Shown here one piece after another: positions 37,477 through 52,400 of a stretch of DNA of 64,000 bases (its first letter is position 1; every line of letters begins with the position of its first letter). This DNA comes from Yuukianura sp. NJ FZ-2021 (taxonomy: Eukaryota): assembly GCA_046563655.1 (NCBI GenBank), contig CM102286.1, forward strand, positions 1,302,001-1,366,000, written 5' to 3'. The notes beneath the pieces are model-generated. The model saw only the letters and a list, made by a program, of their open reading frames with translations, was not told the origin of the DNA and ran no database searches. The translations under genes were made by a program, and so were the position numbers.

Positions 37477-39958
37477 AAGATTTGGATAAAAATAGAGTTG
37501 TGCGCATGAGGACCACCGACCAAGGTCTAAAGTTGACACTGCGATGAAAGGGTTAGGTCAAGAGATGACAGAGGAGAGGAATAGTGTATTATTTTTGTGG
37601 AGTTGAATAATGTATAAAATGGAGACAAAGGCTGAGATGTTGCTCTCTCGTGATGTGTACTTAAGGACGGGTTGAACTTGACACTTTGAATTGACATGAC
37701 AACGAGGAGGAAGGATTCTGCTCAAGTTTTCATTCTCCTCAATTGTTACTCGTCTACGGAAAGAAGTGTTTACTCTTACACTTATCGTCAACATCAACAA
37801 TCCTGGAAAAATGTCTCCGCTTTCACAGTTGGGCACAGTTTTCCAACTTCCCACGTTTGAACAGGAAAATTCAATAGTTGAACAAACTGAATTCAAACCC
37901 ATTCTTCTCCTCCTGCCTTCGTCTGAATAAAACATCCTAATCAAGTTACGTCAACCCTAGCACAAATTACCCCTTTAGTCATCAACCTATGCTAACACAC
38001 TCCCTAATGCCACCCCTTCATAATGTTCATTCTTTAGAATGAATCGGTTACCATGGCAACCGCCAAAATTTAATAAAAGTGACCATAGTAACGACCACTT
38101 TGAAAATTGTACTTTGGTTAACGTCAAATTTAGGTGTTCAACGTAATATGTATTGTAAAACGTAGGAGATGGACCATCTCCTACATGGTGATGATAACCA
38201 TCTGAGATGGTTATCATCACCATGGTTATCATCACCATGGAATTTAATAGTTACCATGGTTACCGTGGAAGTTAATAGTTACCATGACTGGATTTTTAGA
38301 TTGCCATATAAATCATCTTACTGTGAAAATTGAACGCGGGTGAAAGTTGGAGAAACGTCAAAAGTGGATTTTTGTCGTTCCAGTAAAAATGATGGAGAAA
38401 GTTTGCACAAAAGGGAAATTAATTTCTTCGTTTTTTTTTCAAAAATTCGACGATTTTTTCTCTTTTGAAAATTCGATGTCTGCTTACAACAGTTAGCGTG
38501 TTAGGACGAGAGATGATCAATGGTCAATTGTCCAAGAAAAGATTGAAAAATCGTGACTCCCCGCCACACCATACTAACCCCAATTTCACCCTAACCCCAA
38601 GTATATTTTAGGTTCCATTGTCCAGGAAGTATCCGCTGCTCCTTGTTAAACCTCAACAACCATCATCACTCTTCCTAACTTTTCAAATCGCCCTCATTCA
38701 ACTTTAATTTACACCTTTTCTAAACACAGGAACACCAAAAATCGGCTGACGATTTCTCAAATTCGATTTTTTTTTAAAAATCGCACAGCTTCTCATTTCT
38801 TTACAAATTCTACTCTGAATTTATTTCTTTGATCAATTTACTTCTGTTTAGCACTGTAATTTGTGCCGTATGGATCGCAGTTCATCTAATTTGAATTTCA
38901 AGTTCACTCGTGCGAAAATTTGAAAGTTCCCGCCAAAAACTATTTCTGAACATCTCGTAACCCCGGAAATATAGCAGTATAGAAGCTATTTCCATCTAAA
39001 ACGTCAGAGTTGACTTGATTTTACGTTCAATTTGAGCCGCCGTTTTCGTCTTGAATATAAAACGAGAATGAAGTACCGCGTAAATTCAAATCTGCTGTGC
39101 CGCTTAATACTTTCTGTCAACATTTAGACAGCGTCTGCCCAAACTGTAATTAATTACACCAACTATGGATTATTTTTGAAAGTTGGCGGCACACCACTCT
39201 TCACTCACCACAAATGGGCATGTGCTCATACGAAACAAAAAGGCGACATGCCCATACGAAACAAAAGGCGTCAAAAGTTTATGAGCTTTCAAGTGTTCAT
39301 GTTGTCAATGATTAAGTGCCTACTGAAAAGTTATGACAGGTAGTAAATAGTTTTAGTGAATAGAGTTGTACGCAGGCGCAGAAAGTGACTCGTGACTTCT
39401 GAGAGACCAATCAAAACAAAGTGTCATTTCGTGTGACAAGTACTTGTTAAAGTGGCTCCCCTCAAGCTTCCATTTTTAGACACAAAGAAAAACTCTTCAG
39501 AAAGAGCCCTGGGAACTTCAAAAATTGAGTCAATAGAAAATGATTTCATGAATTTAAAAAGTTGGCGGGAGGTGTAATGGATGGTTGTGGTGCTAAAATT
39601 TGAAAATTTTTAAAATTGTCATTTCGTTCGTGTTTGAATTGAAATTTTGATTTGTCATGGTGTAAAGGGATCGAAACACAAAAATTGTTCATAACTCACG
39701 ACTTTAATAAGAGTAAATAGATGTCAACTGCATTATGATCACTAGAGATACGTATGGGTAGTTGAGCCATAGGTATTTAAATTATAGCGGGAACAAAATT
39801 GGCGGGAGATTTCAAACTTCAAGAAAAAAAAAACTCCAACTGCGCTCATTTCAAACCATGACGAGTAACAAATAAATCACCGCGACTCCGAACCTTGTTG
39901 TTCCTATTTGGTCAAAATTTTTCTCATAGTACCTCAAACAATTTCTCAAGTTACACTC

Positions 39959-40169
39959 CCAAGGTTCGTAAACAAAAAGAAAACTTTTTCTACCCCAGGT
40001 TGTCCAATAACTGGAAGTTTTAAAATTTGTTTTAAATAGCAATCCAATTTTTTGCATGTAATCGAAATTTCATTGTTGCTAAAAGTTGGTTAAAGCAAGA
40101 TTTTTGAAAACCCTGAGTTATTGGACAACCTGTCGTAGGAAATGCAATCCCGTTGTCAAGGAACCTTGG
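39959..40169. repeat. Decayed inverted repeat (old MITE)
   Basis: ccaaggttc/gaaccttgg outer pair and a 17-bp inner pair caggttgtccaataact (39996-40012) / agttattggacaacctg (40116-40132). Confidence 0.55.
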
Positions 40170-40373
40170 TTTTGCCTAACCTAATGTATCAAAGTTAACC
40201 TAATTTAGCATAACCTAACTTTCTCTTTTTTTTGAAAATCAATCTTATTTGAAAACTACCGCCAAAACTGCCCACAGTGTACCACACTCCCCCGCAATAA
40301 TTCAAACCCTTGTTTGTTTCCATTGTTTACACTGTGGTTTCTAATTTGACACTTTGGGAGAGCAGGAAAGTGC

Positions 40374-40453
40374 GGGGGCGGGTGTGGGTAGTGGGGCGGG
40401 TGTGGGTAGTGGGGCGGGTGGGGTAGTGGGGCGGGTGGGGTAGCGGGGGCGGG
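40374..40453 (+). repeat. G-rich 17-18-bp tandem repeat
   Basis: (ggggcgggtgtgggtagt)n, about 4.5 copies, more than 12 G3+ tracts. Confidence 0.85.
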
Positions 40454-43400
40454 AATGAGCCCTTTGGACGTTATGTGTGTCCCTTGAGGCCTCTTAATTG
40501 AAGTAACTGTGAGCGTATGAGAAAACAAAAGGAAGGAAGTGCGCGGGATGATTTGAAATGAAGTACTTTTTCCCGCTCCCGCCCTTCGGCCTTAATCCTT
40601 TCCAGTCTCTTGAGTACTCGGAGTGTTAGAATTGTTTTTCTTTGGGATATTCCTTAGAGGATTAGCTCCACGTTCAAAATAAAATACACAGAAGAGGTTT
40701 AAAAGATTTTCATTTTTCAACCAAAATCTCCAACAATTGAAGAATTTCCAAAAAAGATAATCATACATCCTATGAACAATTTTGAAAAACACAATAGGAA
40801 GTAGGGTTAAACCGTCTCCGCCCAATTTTCACACTAACCTAACATTGACCCTAGCCTAACCCCTTTGGAAGGTTCATGGAGAGTGATGATAATGCGAGGT
40901 CATTCAAAAATTCAAGAGGTCATGTCAATCAGCATGACAAGTGTTGGACATTGTCAGGAAAAGTCAATTTTAAAAGTCCATTTTTATATTGATTGTCATG
41001 GTTTAGTGGAAAAGTGTGCCTGGGTTCACTTATATCTTAATTTAAAAGTTCCCGCTCTCCCCCTTAGCTCACTTCAAATTCAAACTTCATTTCATTTTTT
41101 TTTTTTTGAAAACCGGAGGTGGTGTGTTGTTGAAGCAAGCGGCTTGTTCAAACTTGACTTCTCTCTTGGACATTGCCTTTGATGTCAATATCAAAATTCA
41201 GTTTTCAAAGAAAAAATTTAAAAAAAAAATTTTTTTAACAGCATGAATTGAAAAACTGCTTACAGAAGGGTTACGATCATCAACATCATCAATTACATCT
41301 ACTTAGACACTGAACCATTCACTTCAGCATCATCTATGGTACCCTACGGTTTTGAATTTTTCAAATTTTCAAAAGTTCCCGCTCTAAAAAAAAGTTGAGT
41401 TTGAAAGGTAAGCAGTTTACACTTTACATGTATAGTTGTTAAAAAGTAGAAGAGCGGGATTGGCCTGGATTTAAAACAAATTGTGCGTTGAAACTTTCTT
41501 TTCTTTTAGAGTGAAAGTGAAAGCACGCGCGATCAATTTAAATTTAATGCTAATTGAAACGCAAATCTCTTCGGTTGGTTTTCTTTTCCGTAGAAAAGCG
41601 CGGGAGTTTTGAAACGAGGGAGTAGTTGAAAATGTAACTTTTGTGCTTGGTTCGAAAGCATTGTCATTGCCCGCCAACTCTTTTGTAATTCAAATCCTAA
41701 TTCAAATGTTCCCGGGAAATGGAAAAGGAGGGAAACCTTCCCACTCTGTTATTTCAGCTTTTCCATTAGGAATTTACAATGAACTTTACATTCACTGCTG
41801 CTCTCTTTTCTTTTTACCAGTGTAGGCGTGGATTTTGGGGAAGCAGGCTCCGTTGACATTGGGGGCGGGAGAAAGCACATGAATTTAAATTTAGCTAAAA
41901 AGCAAGAAATAAAATTTTAACAATTTTCAAGAAAAGTGCTTCCAAAATTTCAAAAATCATTCGTAACTTTCCCTTTCTTAGTAAAATGGTTTCACTCGTT
42001 TTGTGTAGGAGAAAGAATTTTGAAGTTGTGGTTTTGGCGGGTTAGTTGATTAGAACAAATTAGAGATTCTGAGTGAATTTGAGTTGAATCAGGGCGGGAA
42101 CCTTTGAAATTTGAAAATCGCTCGGCTTAATTCTGCTACTCATTTGACATTCTGCTATGAGTCGTGCCCGTTTTCTAACTTGTGCGTTCAGAATTCCTAA
42201 ACAAAGCGATCCTGCTACGCTCTCAATTCAGAACTGCATAGAACAGGAAATGAATGCGGCGAGTGCCCGCGGCGTCGGAAACCATATAAATCGCCTTCAA
42301 AAAAAGAATTCTTGTAGTGAAATCAGTTTCAACCGCCACATTTTCACACAGAATTCGTACTTAGATTTACAAAATTTAACAAAAGTGTTAGCAGAGAAAC
42401 AGCGTTTTGAAATGTTTGAATTGCATTGTAAGAGTTTAGACCTTAAAAAAACATTGTAAAGTGAAAGCATTAAGCCTCTTGTTCTATCCAAATACAAAAA
42501 GACAAAAAAAAGAGAGTGAAACTTTCTCCCCTCTTGCGAGATGTTGACTCTGCACGGACTTTCACCCGTCACTTCACAAATCTATTCATCTCCCCTCTTT
42601 TTCTATTCTGAACTTGGAATTGTTGACCTTTGGGCTAAATCAAAGCCGTTTGAGGTCAACCTTATTCTGGAGAGGTCAACTGACTCAAGCCGCTAAGAAC
42701 AAACAAGCTTAGAGCCATGCAGTTCCAAGTATAAGAAAAACTCACACGTTTTTGGAGTTCCCGCTCTTTTGGTTTTGTGAGAAAAGTGTGAAAAAAATTT
42801 GTACTTAAACAAAAAGGCTCCCCACAGCTTTCTCGACTCATTTTTCCCTGGCTGTTTCTGAAGGAAAGTTAATTGGGACAGTTTTTCTCTTGAGGTTGAA
42901 GTACGGCTGACACTGGTCTGTTGTACCCACGCATTTTTCTTATCTCCTGTTTTGTATGATGTAGGTGTCGAAGGTACGATGTGTATCAAATGACAAATGT
43001 GAGAAATTCAACGCCTGCCAACACGCGGTTAACAATGGACTTTTACCTTTGTTTTCCTAATTGGCCCTCGTTACAATGTCAAAAACCTGAGTACATAATG
43101 GTAGGATATGGACAACCAACAGTCTCTTTTGTACAACTACCTAATACATAACTTAAACTAACCTAACCTAATGCAAAAATACCACAATCACTGTATTATT
43201 TGACTCAAACATTATTTTGAGTGAACATAAACACGTTTGAAAACTAAATTTTTTCTTAGAATCATTTTTGGAAATTTTGTCCTGGCGGGAAAAATTTGTC
43301 AGATTTTATTACGAAACACGAAAATGTTTGATTTTTTAGATTGACAGGTACAAAAGAGACGTTTCTTTTGTTCCTCCTTTGAAGAGTTACGTAAGCAGCA

Positions 43401-46400
43401 GGCGGCTTGGTTCGTAGTAGACATGAGCATGACTCTAAAAATACAAAAGCAAGACAATAGATAACTTCAACAAGCTTCGTCACAAATAACTCACTCTTTG
43501 AATTCCTTGTTTTTTATCAATAACTCACGAAGGTATAAAACTAACCCACCATAATGTAATTTCAACCTTACATAACTTTTTAACTTGGTTCGTTGGGCTG
43601 GAAATTTAAAACTTGATACAAGAAAATTATGCTTTATGTTTTGAAATATTGTGGATACAAAATGTTATGTTTTGAACAATTTTTACAAAGAAATTTAACC
43701 TAACTGTAAACCCTATGTTGTAATTGTATACTTCCTACCATTCTGTTATGTTGTGGGTGGTTGAACTCTTTTTGAATTTGTCCGCCAAAAAGGATTGAAT
43801 TCCGCCGCCCACGCCATGCTGACTCCTCATTGTTACATCAAATCATCCGCTGACTTCCTTTCATCAGGATCATCAATGCATCATACTTTTTTAGAAAAGG
43901 AGAAAACACGCTGTTTGAACAAGATCCCCCGCAGGGTTGCGTCAAATCCTTCATCGTTTGAATTTTTCAAATTTTTCCGCTCAAATTCTCCCGGATAAAT
44001 TTCAAATATTTAGAACAATAATTTGATTCACATATTAAAGATTTTTGAACTCAAAGTGTACAAAAAAAAAACTGAACAACTTTAAATAAAACAAAAATTC
44101 ATTTTTTAAACAAAAAAAATTTTTTGTTGGTCTTATGTTTAGAACAAAAGATTCGGATTTTTGTTAACTACTGGAATTGTGCCTGTCACTTTCTAGAAGC
44201 TAGGTTACTTTTGTCTGTCCGTTTGAAATGTTTTGATGGTTGAAGTAGTTTGTAACTCGCCTCTTTGTATCCATCTACCTCTCTCATGTTACTCTAACAT
44301 ATAAAATTAAGACATTGAGTAGTCGTGGTTGAAAAGTACTTAACAATCCATTTGTTCCCAAGGGCTATGACACCTTCAGTCCATAATTACAGCAGAAGGA
44401 GGTACAATGTCCATCAAGTGCTACAAAAAAGATGAGTTCTTGGCGCCTGAGTCACTCTTCATCGTTTTCAAACTTTTATTCATGTCCAATCACTCACTTA
44501 TTAGTCAATCACAACCTCACAATGGATAACTTCTGAAACAAGAACAGCATAATACAGGGTACAAATAAACTCAACAAAAAATGAATTGATACATTTCCTA
44601 ACCTACAAAAAAAAACTTCATAACTTGTTTTTTTGTTAAGTCTAATGCTCTTCACTTACACCTTGATTTTTTTGTTAATTGAAACCTGAGCAAAGTATCT
44701 TTTGATACTTAATGTGAGAAAAGAGTAGCAGTGGGAACATGAGGCTACTCCGCCCTACTACTCACTTTGGTGTGAACATGACAAGGATCTTCCTCTCCTA
44801 ATTGTTTACATACCTAAACTTAATTATAGGTTTTAAAACAGAGTCACTGTACTTTTAAAAGCACACACTTAAAAGCAGAAGCACAAAGGAAATGAACTTC
44901 AACTTAAAAAAAAGTGAGGAAAAAAGTTCCATGTTCACAGAAACTCAAAAACTTTTTAAATTCGTTGTAAATTTCGCGCCTTCCAGAAATGCTGCAAATT
45001 AGCAAGTTACGGGAAATGTAGGCAAAAAAAAAGTTAAAAATTATAAGCAATTAAACAAAAATGGTGGCGAGTGTGATGTTTTTTGAAGCTGGACGTAAAT
45101 TGTTTCTGTGATTTGAAATTCAAAAAATAGTTTTCTTTTCTTTTGTTAAAAAGAGTTGAATTTTGCTTCTGCGTGAGTGAGAGTATGCCTAAGCATCATT
45201 AGGGTGTGAAGTGCTTCCACTTAATTTAAAGAAGTGTAAAGCCAAAGAGCGAAGAGGAGATTAATATCATAGTGTGGCAGGTTTTGAATAAAAATTATGA
45301 ACAGCATCTCCTCTGCTTCTTCTTCAGCATCTCATGCCGTGTTGATTTCCTTTTGAAACTTTTCATCAAAATTAATTACTTTGGTAGTTCAACTTAGACA
45401 AGACGCCAACAACGCCTCAACCAAACACTTCAATTTGTAACGCTCTTTACAGCACTAAGGAAGCACCGAAACTCCAAATCTGATTCCAACAAGGTTAATT
45501 TTGCTTCAACATGCAACAAAATGTTCAAAACACAAAAAAAAACTTTAAAAATGTCAGGCCATGAACAGAAACTGTAAACCAACACAACATTATGAAAAAA
45601 AGTAGTCAAATAATAAAAGTTATTAAAAAAATGAAGTAAAGGTGGTTTAATTTTATTTTCAAAGGCCAAATGAACTGTTCAAAGTAAAAGCGGGAAGAGA
45701 GAAAGTTAATTTTCTTGTGTGAAATTTACTTTCTCTGTTTGAAATCACGCACAAAAGTGAAAGCGGCTTTGACAACTTAAGTTTTTCTCTTTTGCTGTTT
45801 TGATTTGTTTCCTACTTTTTTGATTTTTCAATTTTAAATTTACCTTCAAAAGCCCCTTTTTTCCATTTAACGCTTTGCAGAGCCAGTTATAAGTTTTCCA
45901 GTTCAAAGAATAATAATTTCTGTTTTTATCAAAAAGCCACCCAAAGGCTTAAGATTAGCCGCCTACTTTCACTTGTTCTCATTTTTTGGTTCTTGGGAGA
46001 AAGTAAATCAAATTGACTGACATGAACAGTTTACTTTTACATTCAAATTCAAAGGAAACAAACTTTTTTGTGACTTTCACTTTCAGAATGAAGTTTTTAT
46101 GTTAGGTTAGGCTATACGCCTAACATATGTTGAGAATATTTCAAAAGAAATCATAACCTTAACTGCCTTGATGTTCCAGGAAGGATTTGGATAAGTTGAC
46201 TCTGGGAGAAAGCGGGAGAAAGCTCCAGAGCTTCCAGGAAATCTCCAGAAATCAATTCCAGTTCAAATGAACCTCCCGCTTTTCTTTTTTGACTGAAATC
46301 CAGTTTCCTTTTTCTGGATTACGATGGATTGCATAGGGGAGTAACCGTCGGATGGTTACAATGTAACCCTCCGTAACCTTTTGAATATTCACTCAAATTA

Positions 46401-49400
46401 AATTTGGTTTGCACAAAGGTAATTCTTTCCTTAAACATCCTTTTTCCTACTATTCCTTCTTCGCCTCCAGGAAAAAGTGTACCGAAATACGGAAAACTTT
46501 CTTCAATTGATCTTTCCAAACACAGAAAAATCCTGTCCAAATTCCAAGAAGCAAAAAAAATGCCAAGTTTAGGCAATCAATATGATTTTGACCTCTAAAA
46601 ACTAGTCTACTTTTTAGTTGCCGCTTTTTGTTGAAAAATTTACTACAAAAAAAAAACGGTATACTTTACGTTGCGTTACCCAGCGTAGCTGATGAAATGA
46701 TCAAAATAATTTGATAGAAATATTCAAAACGTGAAAATGTTCAACCGTTAGAAATGTTTTTGAATGTTTTTGACTTTTTCATTTTTTGACTTTTTTTTAC
46801 GTTTTGATCAAATTGTTTTCTAATGTTTATGTCAAAATGAATCCGCAGTAACTGTGTAACTGTTACACCGTGTAACAAAACAAAGTCATTTGGTCTACTC
46901 TACAATGTTACTTTTCCTGTGTTTTTTTTTGTTTGATACGGAACATGTCATGTGACATTGTGTCAAGTACTTGACAAATCACTGAGAAAGCTGTTTGTGA
47001 TGACAAAGGAATTCCAATTCCAGGAAAGATCCACTTGGACAAACTAAGTACACAACGTTACAGAAAAGAATTGACTCTGAAATGAATCCATGGTGTTAAT
47101 GATGTCATTTGAACCAACACAGATCAATGTAAACCAATCACAAAAGAAATCCAATCAGCCTCTTTCCCTTTCAACTTCTAAGGAGAAAGTAAACAACGAT
47201 TTCACATCCTCCCCTCTTAAAACAGACAATGCAAGGTCATTGACCCCTTCAACATCCATTCACTTGACCCCGTGACCTTAACAAATTGAAGTTCCTCAAA
47301 ACCTAGCCTAACAAATTGAGTTCCTTCCTATACAGTATTAGTTTGGATCAAATTAGTCTCAATTATTACAAAAAACGAGATGATGAGACGTTTTGTGAGA
47401 GTAGTCAAATAATAAGGCGTCTCAAGGTGTGAGATTGATCTCCAAAGATTTCAAAGATGTTCCAGCAGAACCCGTGTCCCGTTGTGCTCTGATCCTGCTG
47501 TGTTTATACTCAAGTACGATGTACTTTGTGGAATGAAGAGGCCTGGACACCCCCTGGACACTTTCAGTAATATGGACATGAACAGATTGATTGAAGGGAG
47601 GAAGGAAGATATTCATCAATTGACGTCTTCATCATCTCACCTCCAAATTCTCCACCTAAACTTAAAATATAGACTTGGCCAAAGTGGATGGATCCCCACG
47701 GAGTCTTTAACTCGAGTGCCCATTGTTCTTGTGTCTCAGCATGCCCCCTCCAACTATTTTGAGGTGTGGAAATGAGCGAGGTGATCAATTGGGTGCGGCC
47801 GCTTACGAAGGAGTTTCACACCTTCGGAGAAGCTTAATCACAATTACATCTCAAATTAACACAGTCATTTATTCCAAACATGCTGAGAGAACGGAGATGT
47901 GCGCCACACTCACTCCTCCTCCAAAGTACTTTCAAGGAGCCACAGTTAAAAACTTAAAGGTAAACTAACATACGAATTCGAACTGAACGTGACAATCAGA
48001 CTAACCTCACCGTTTCTTGTCACGTTTCATATGTGTGAACATTTTTCTTGCATTAACTCGTTTTAGTTTATCTGTTAACTATGCCATTAATTATCCTAAA
48101 ACTCCAAACAAACCCTAACCACGTACATGAAACATAGCACCTATCGAGAAAACACAAATTAGTTGAAACATATGCTTTCACTTTTTAAAGAAAAACTCCG
48201 CGCTGAACTGGATTTAGCTTAACATCATAAAAATTTACGTTTTAAGTAAAGTTCAGTGGAAACTGCTGCAGTGCTCAAAGTTCGCCAATTGCAAATGCAA
48301 TGTGAGTGTCCGGTGGATCGAATCACAGTGGCAGTACGAAGCGACAAGTCTAAGTTTAATATCGAGCGACATCTTTCGCGGGATTTTTGAAAATTGTGAA
48401 ACACAACTACATAGGGACAACAGTGTTCCGTAGTACAAGTACAAGTTATATGAATTGTGAGGGGACGACGTAGAGTATATCAGTAAAGAAAGAAATCGAC
48501 ATCGGAGGAGGCACTACTCTAACTTAGAATCCCCGCCTTCTGGTTAGGTTATGTTTTCGTCCATGCCTTGAAATAAGCTTACGACAAAGTGGTATCCAAT
48601 GGCACAACTCTAATTTCCTATGCTCAAATGGCTCCCAATGATACTTTTAGATCGTTCCAAAAGTGTAGTAAAAGTTTGAACTCTTGGAACACAGTTTGGA
48701 ACAGTTCCAAATTATAGCAAACCATTTTTGTGATTCAAATTCAATCATTTCTTGAAAAAAAAAATTGACTCAAAAGTTGGAAAATAGAAAGTTAGGTTTA
48801 ATTCATTTCCGTTCTAAACAAAATTTTGGAAATCTTGAAAAGATAGTAAGTCTGAACATAATTTGCTTTTTTTTTCACTTTCTCCCGGTGGAAATAAATT
48901 TGGGTGTTTATTTGAAACCTTGTTTGATTAGTTTACTTGAGAAGTGTGCGCTACTAAGCTAGAGTTGGCGACAAAATTTGAAACAGTAATTTTGCTGTTA
49001 AATCAAATTGGTTAAAGCTAAACATCCTCATTAAGTTTTCAATTTCAAAAACTAATTTGTGTTTCTGCTTTATGTTTTACCGGAAGTTGTAAATTGGACT
49101 AATGAGGAAGCTGAAAAGATGAACGACAAAAACACATTACAAATTACATACTTAATATTATAAATTCGGATTTAAGATAGGGATGTAAATCCAAATTTTT
49201 TGAACCGGATTTAACCTCGGATTTTTAAATTATTAGGATTCTGATTATCCGAAGTCCGGATTTTTAAAAATCGGACGAATTTGAGAGCCTATACGTAATT
49301 CAAAATTTGAAAATTAAAACAAAATGGACACAGTATATCCAAACTATTTCAAATTTTCAATTTCTGAGTCCAACACTTTTCCAACCTTATTAAAATCCAG

Positions 49401-52400
49401 ATGGAAAGCTGTGATATTCGAAAAAATAATTGTATTTCGAACAAAAGAATCACAGTTGAATGCAAGTTGGGCGACATTTTGTGTGTGAAGTGTGATAATA
49501 ATGGTGCTGGGCATATGGGACAGAAAATAGGCCTGTAATTCAAATTTCCCGCCTTCCTCCATTTTTTTTACATTTTCGACTTGTCATTACTGTCTTCTGT
49601 TCCAATGTACTTCTTATTTAATTATTTTGAAATTTCCCACAATTTCCTATTCTTCATGTCATCTTGAGAAGTCCAAAGTGTCCAAGGTGTCACATACCAA
49701 TTAAGTCTCCTGTCAAGTGGTTCACACCTCTTCAAAATTACACACTCAACTTCACTCTAAAAGTCATCACAGCTCAATGCGCAACCATTGTCCGTTTTTC
49801 TTGAGCTCTGCGCATCATTATTCCATTCTTAGTTTTTCCTGCGCATCATTGTCCAATCCTTTGAAATTCAAAATGTCACCATTTCCTTTCAATTTCAAAA
49901 ACCTAGGCACAAAAATTGTACTTTTATTAGAGTCATGCGCAACAGCCAAAACAAAGCTAAAAAAACTTTGATAACAAGTGAAACACTGACAAATGTAACT
50001 TTGAACCATCTTTTTTACTTCTTTCAAAATTTGAAAACAGATTATCTTTTTCAGAATGTCTGAAATTCAAAACTTGGCTCCACAAATGCAACCGTATCTG
50101 CATCACTTTTGATTTTTGAGTTTTGACATCTGCCTTTTTCCAACTGGAAAATTGACATGATTTGTTTAGTAACAAAATCACACAGACTACAACTTAGATC
50201 AACGAAAAAGTAAAAAGTTCTTCCGCTTGTTTGAGAAAATTTTACATGACAAGTTTGTTCAAAATTTGCCCAGAACGGTTTGGGATGTATCAGAAATGGA
50301 GATTTTTTTTTTCAGTAGCTTCAGTTTGAGTTTCAAGTTGAGTAAATAATGTCTGAAAACATTTGAATGTTAGGTTAGTCTAAATGTTATTAGACACTTG
50401 AGACTACTTTTTCCAACCCCCGACTGCTTAAACTAACCTCAACTGCATTGTCTGAGGCTCCTTCCAGGATCAGATTACACTAACATGTTATGGTAGGCTA
50501 AATTTTGGAAATTGGGAAATGGGAATGTCAGGATTGAAGAACAACAACAAAAGAACTAAAAGGTGTTTCCAGGTTTCCAATTTATGGAACACCAAAAAGA
50601 ACAATGCAAAGTTCTTTTTCAGAAAAAGAAACATTTTGAGTAAATTTGACTCTCAAAATGAACTTAACACCACATAAAACTGACACAAAGGTGACCCGCG
50701 TAAACAGAAAATCTTTTGCTCGAAAAATGGAAAGCTGAGTGAAATTTTGAAAATTGAAACTTATTTTGAAATTAGAACCAAATTAATCTGGATGTAGCAG
50801 ATCAAGTTAAACACCAACTGCAAACAACCAGTTTCAGATTTTCTTGAAAGCGTCTGGCGTAGCGCTTAAACGACAAACACACAAAAAGAATTCTAGAAGA
50901 CGTAGTTTTATTTTCAAAATATTTTTGGTTCTAGTTTCTGACTTTTCAAAACTTCAAAATTGAGACTTTTGCTGACATAGGTTGTGAACATGAAATTTAC
51001 AGTCAGCAATAGTTATGCTTACAGCAATACAAATTTTTGCAACATTTTCAACTTTTTCATATTTTGTGTCAAAACTTTAAAAAATTTTTCCAGTGCAAAG
51101 CAACCATGTTTAATTAAAAAAAAATATTTAAACGGGTGTAAAATTTTTTGAATTTTGACACATTTCTACAACACTTTTCCGCCTAGTCGTGGGTTATTTT
51201 TGTGTTTCGAAGAGTTCAACACTACACGTAGCATCTGCGCAGTAGCGATTGAGCGATACGATGTTGTGAGCGTCTTTTGTCAATATAGATTTTTCCTAAC
51301 ATAAAATTTGATATGGTTTTTTGAAAAGAAGTAAGGGAGTGTGTGAGAGAAAGCATCAAATGCTAAGATGATTATCTAATCAAAAAATACAAAGAAACGA
51401 AAACCTTCTTTGGAAAAACCACCATTGGACAAGGACAAGGAAGTCTCTTGACCACGCCCTTCCTCCACCACAATTTCAACAAAAAATCTCAAGGTGTTAT
51501 GTTTTTTGAAATGCATCATTTGAAAAAAAAAGTGCCAGTGGTACAATTTCTTTAATTCATTCAAAAGAGTTTCAAATTTCTCTTTGTATTGAAAATTACA
51601 GTGCCTGACATATTGTGTCAAGAAGCATGCCACAACACCTTCATTTTTCAATTTCCCAATTTTGGCGCTATAATTATGCTGGTTTTCCCGCCTTTGAATT
51701 CAAAATTCGACAAAAGAGATGAAATTCTTCCAAAAATTCTGAATTCGAAACTCCAAACCAAAATCGTTTTTGACAAGAAAAAGACAACAAGAAAAAAAAA
51801 ACACAAAACGAAAAAAAAACACAACTTTAAAAATATCTCGTTTTCGAAAAAAAAATCGTTTTTGTTTTTGATACATGTTGTACCTCCTTTGACTTAAGTT
51901 GAAGTTTTCTTTTTCAAAATTTTGACTTTTCAAGATTTTTTTTTTTTTGAAAATGGGCATGACTTTGAAGAGTGTCCTCATGTTCAATTTAGTGGGAGAC
52001 AATAAAGACAACAGCGTGGGACCTCATACAAAAGCATTAGTCATCAATTTTGAGCTGAAAGTGTTTTGCTTTCAAAGAGCGACACCATTACGCTCCTGTG
52101 AGACGCTGCTGACACTGCTGTCGTCGCTTCCAGTCACTCCCCTCCCCCTTCCATTGTCGCCACTGTCATTACATGTCACTATTAGTTTTGTTGTGCACAA
52201 TACTCACAATGCAAGTTTACATTTTGCTATCCCAAGCTCCATCCCCGGGAAAACTTGACTTTGGAGTAGAGTGACATTTCTATTTGGACGCCACTTCATT
52301 CCAAAAACCATTTGTCAGGAACTTCTGTTTGAACAAGAGAGGATCAGATAAGTCAAGTACGCCTTCTTGTCTTCAATGTAACTACATTCATGATGACACA

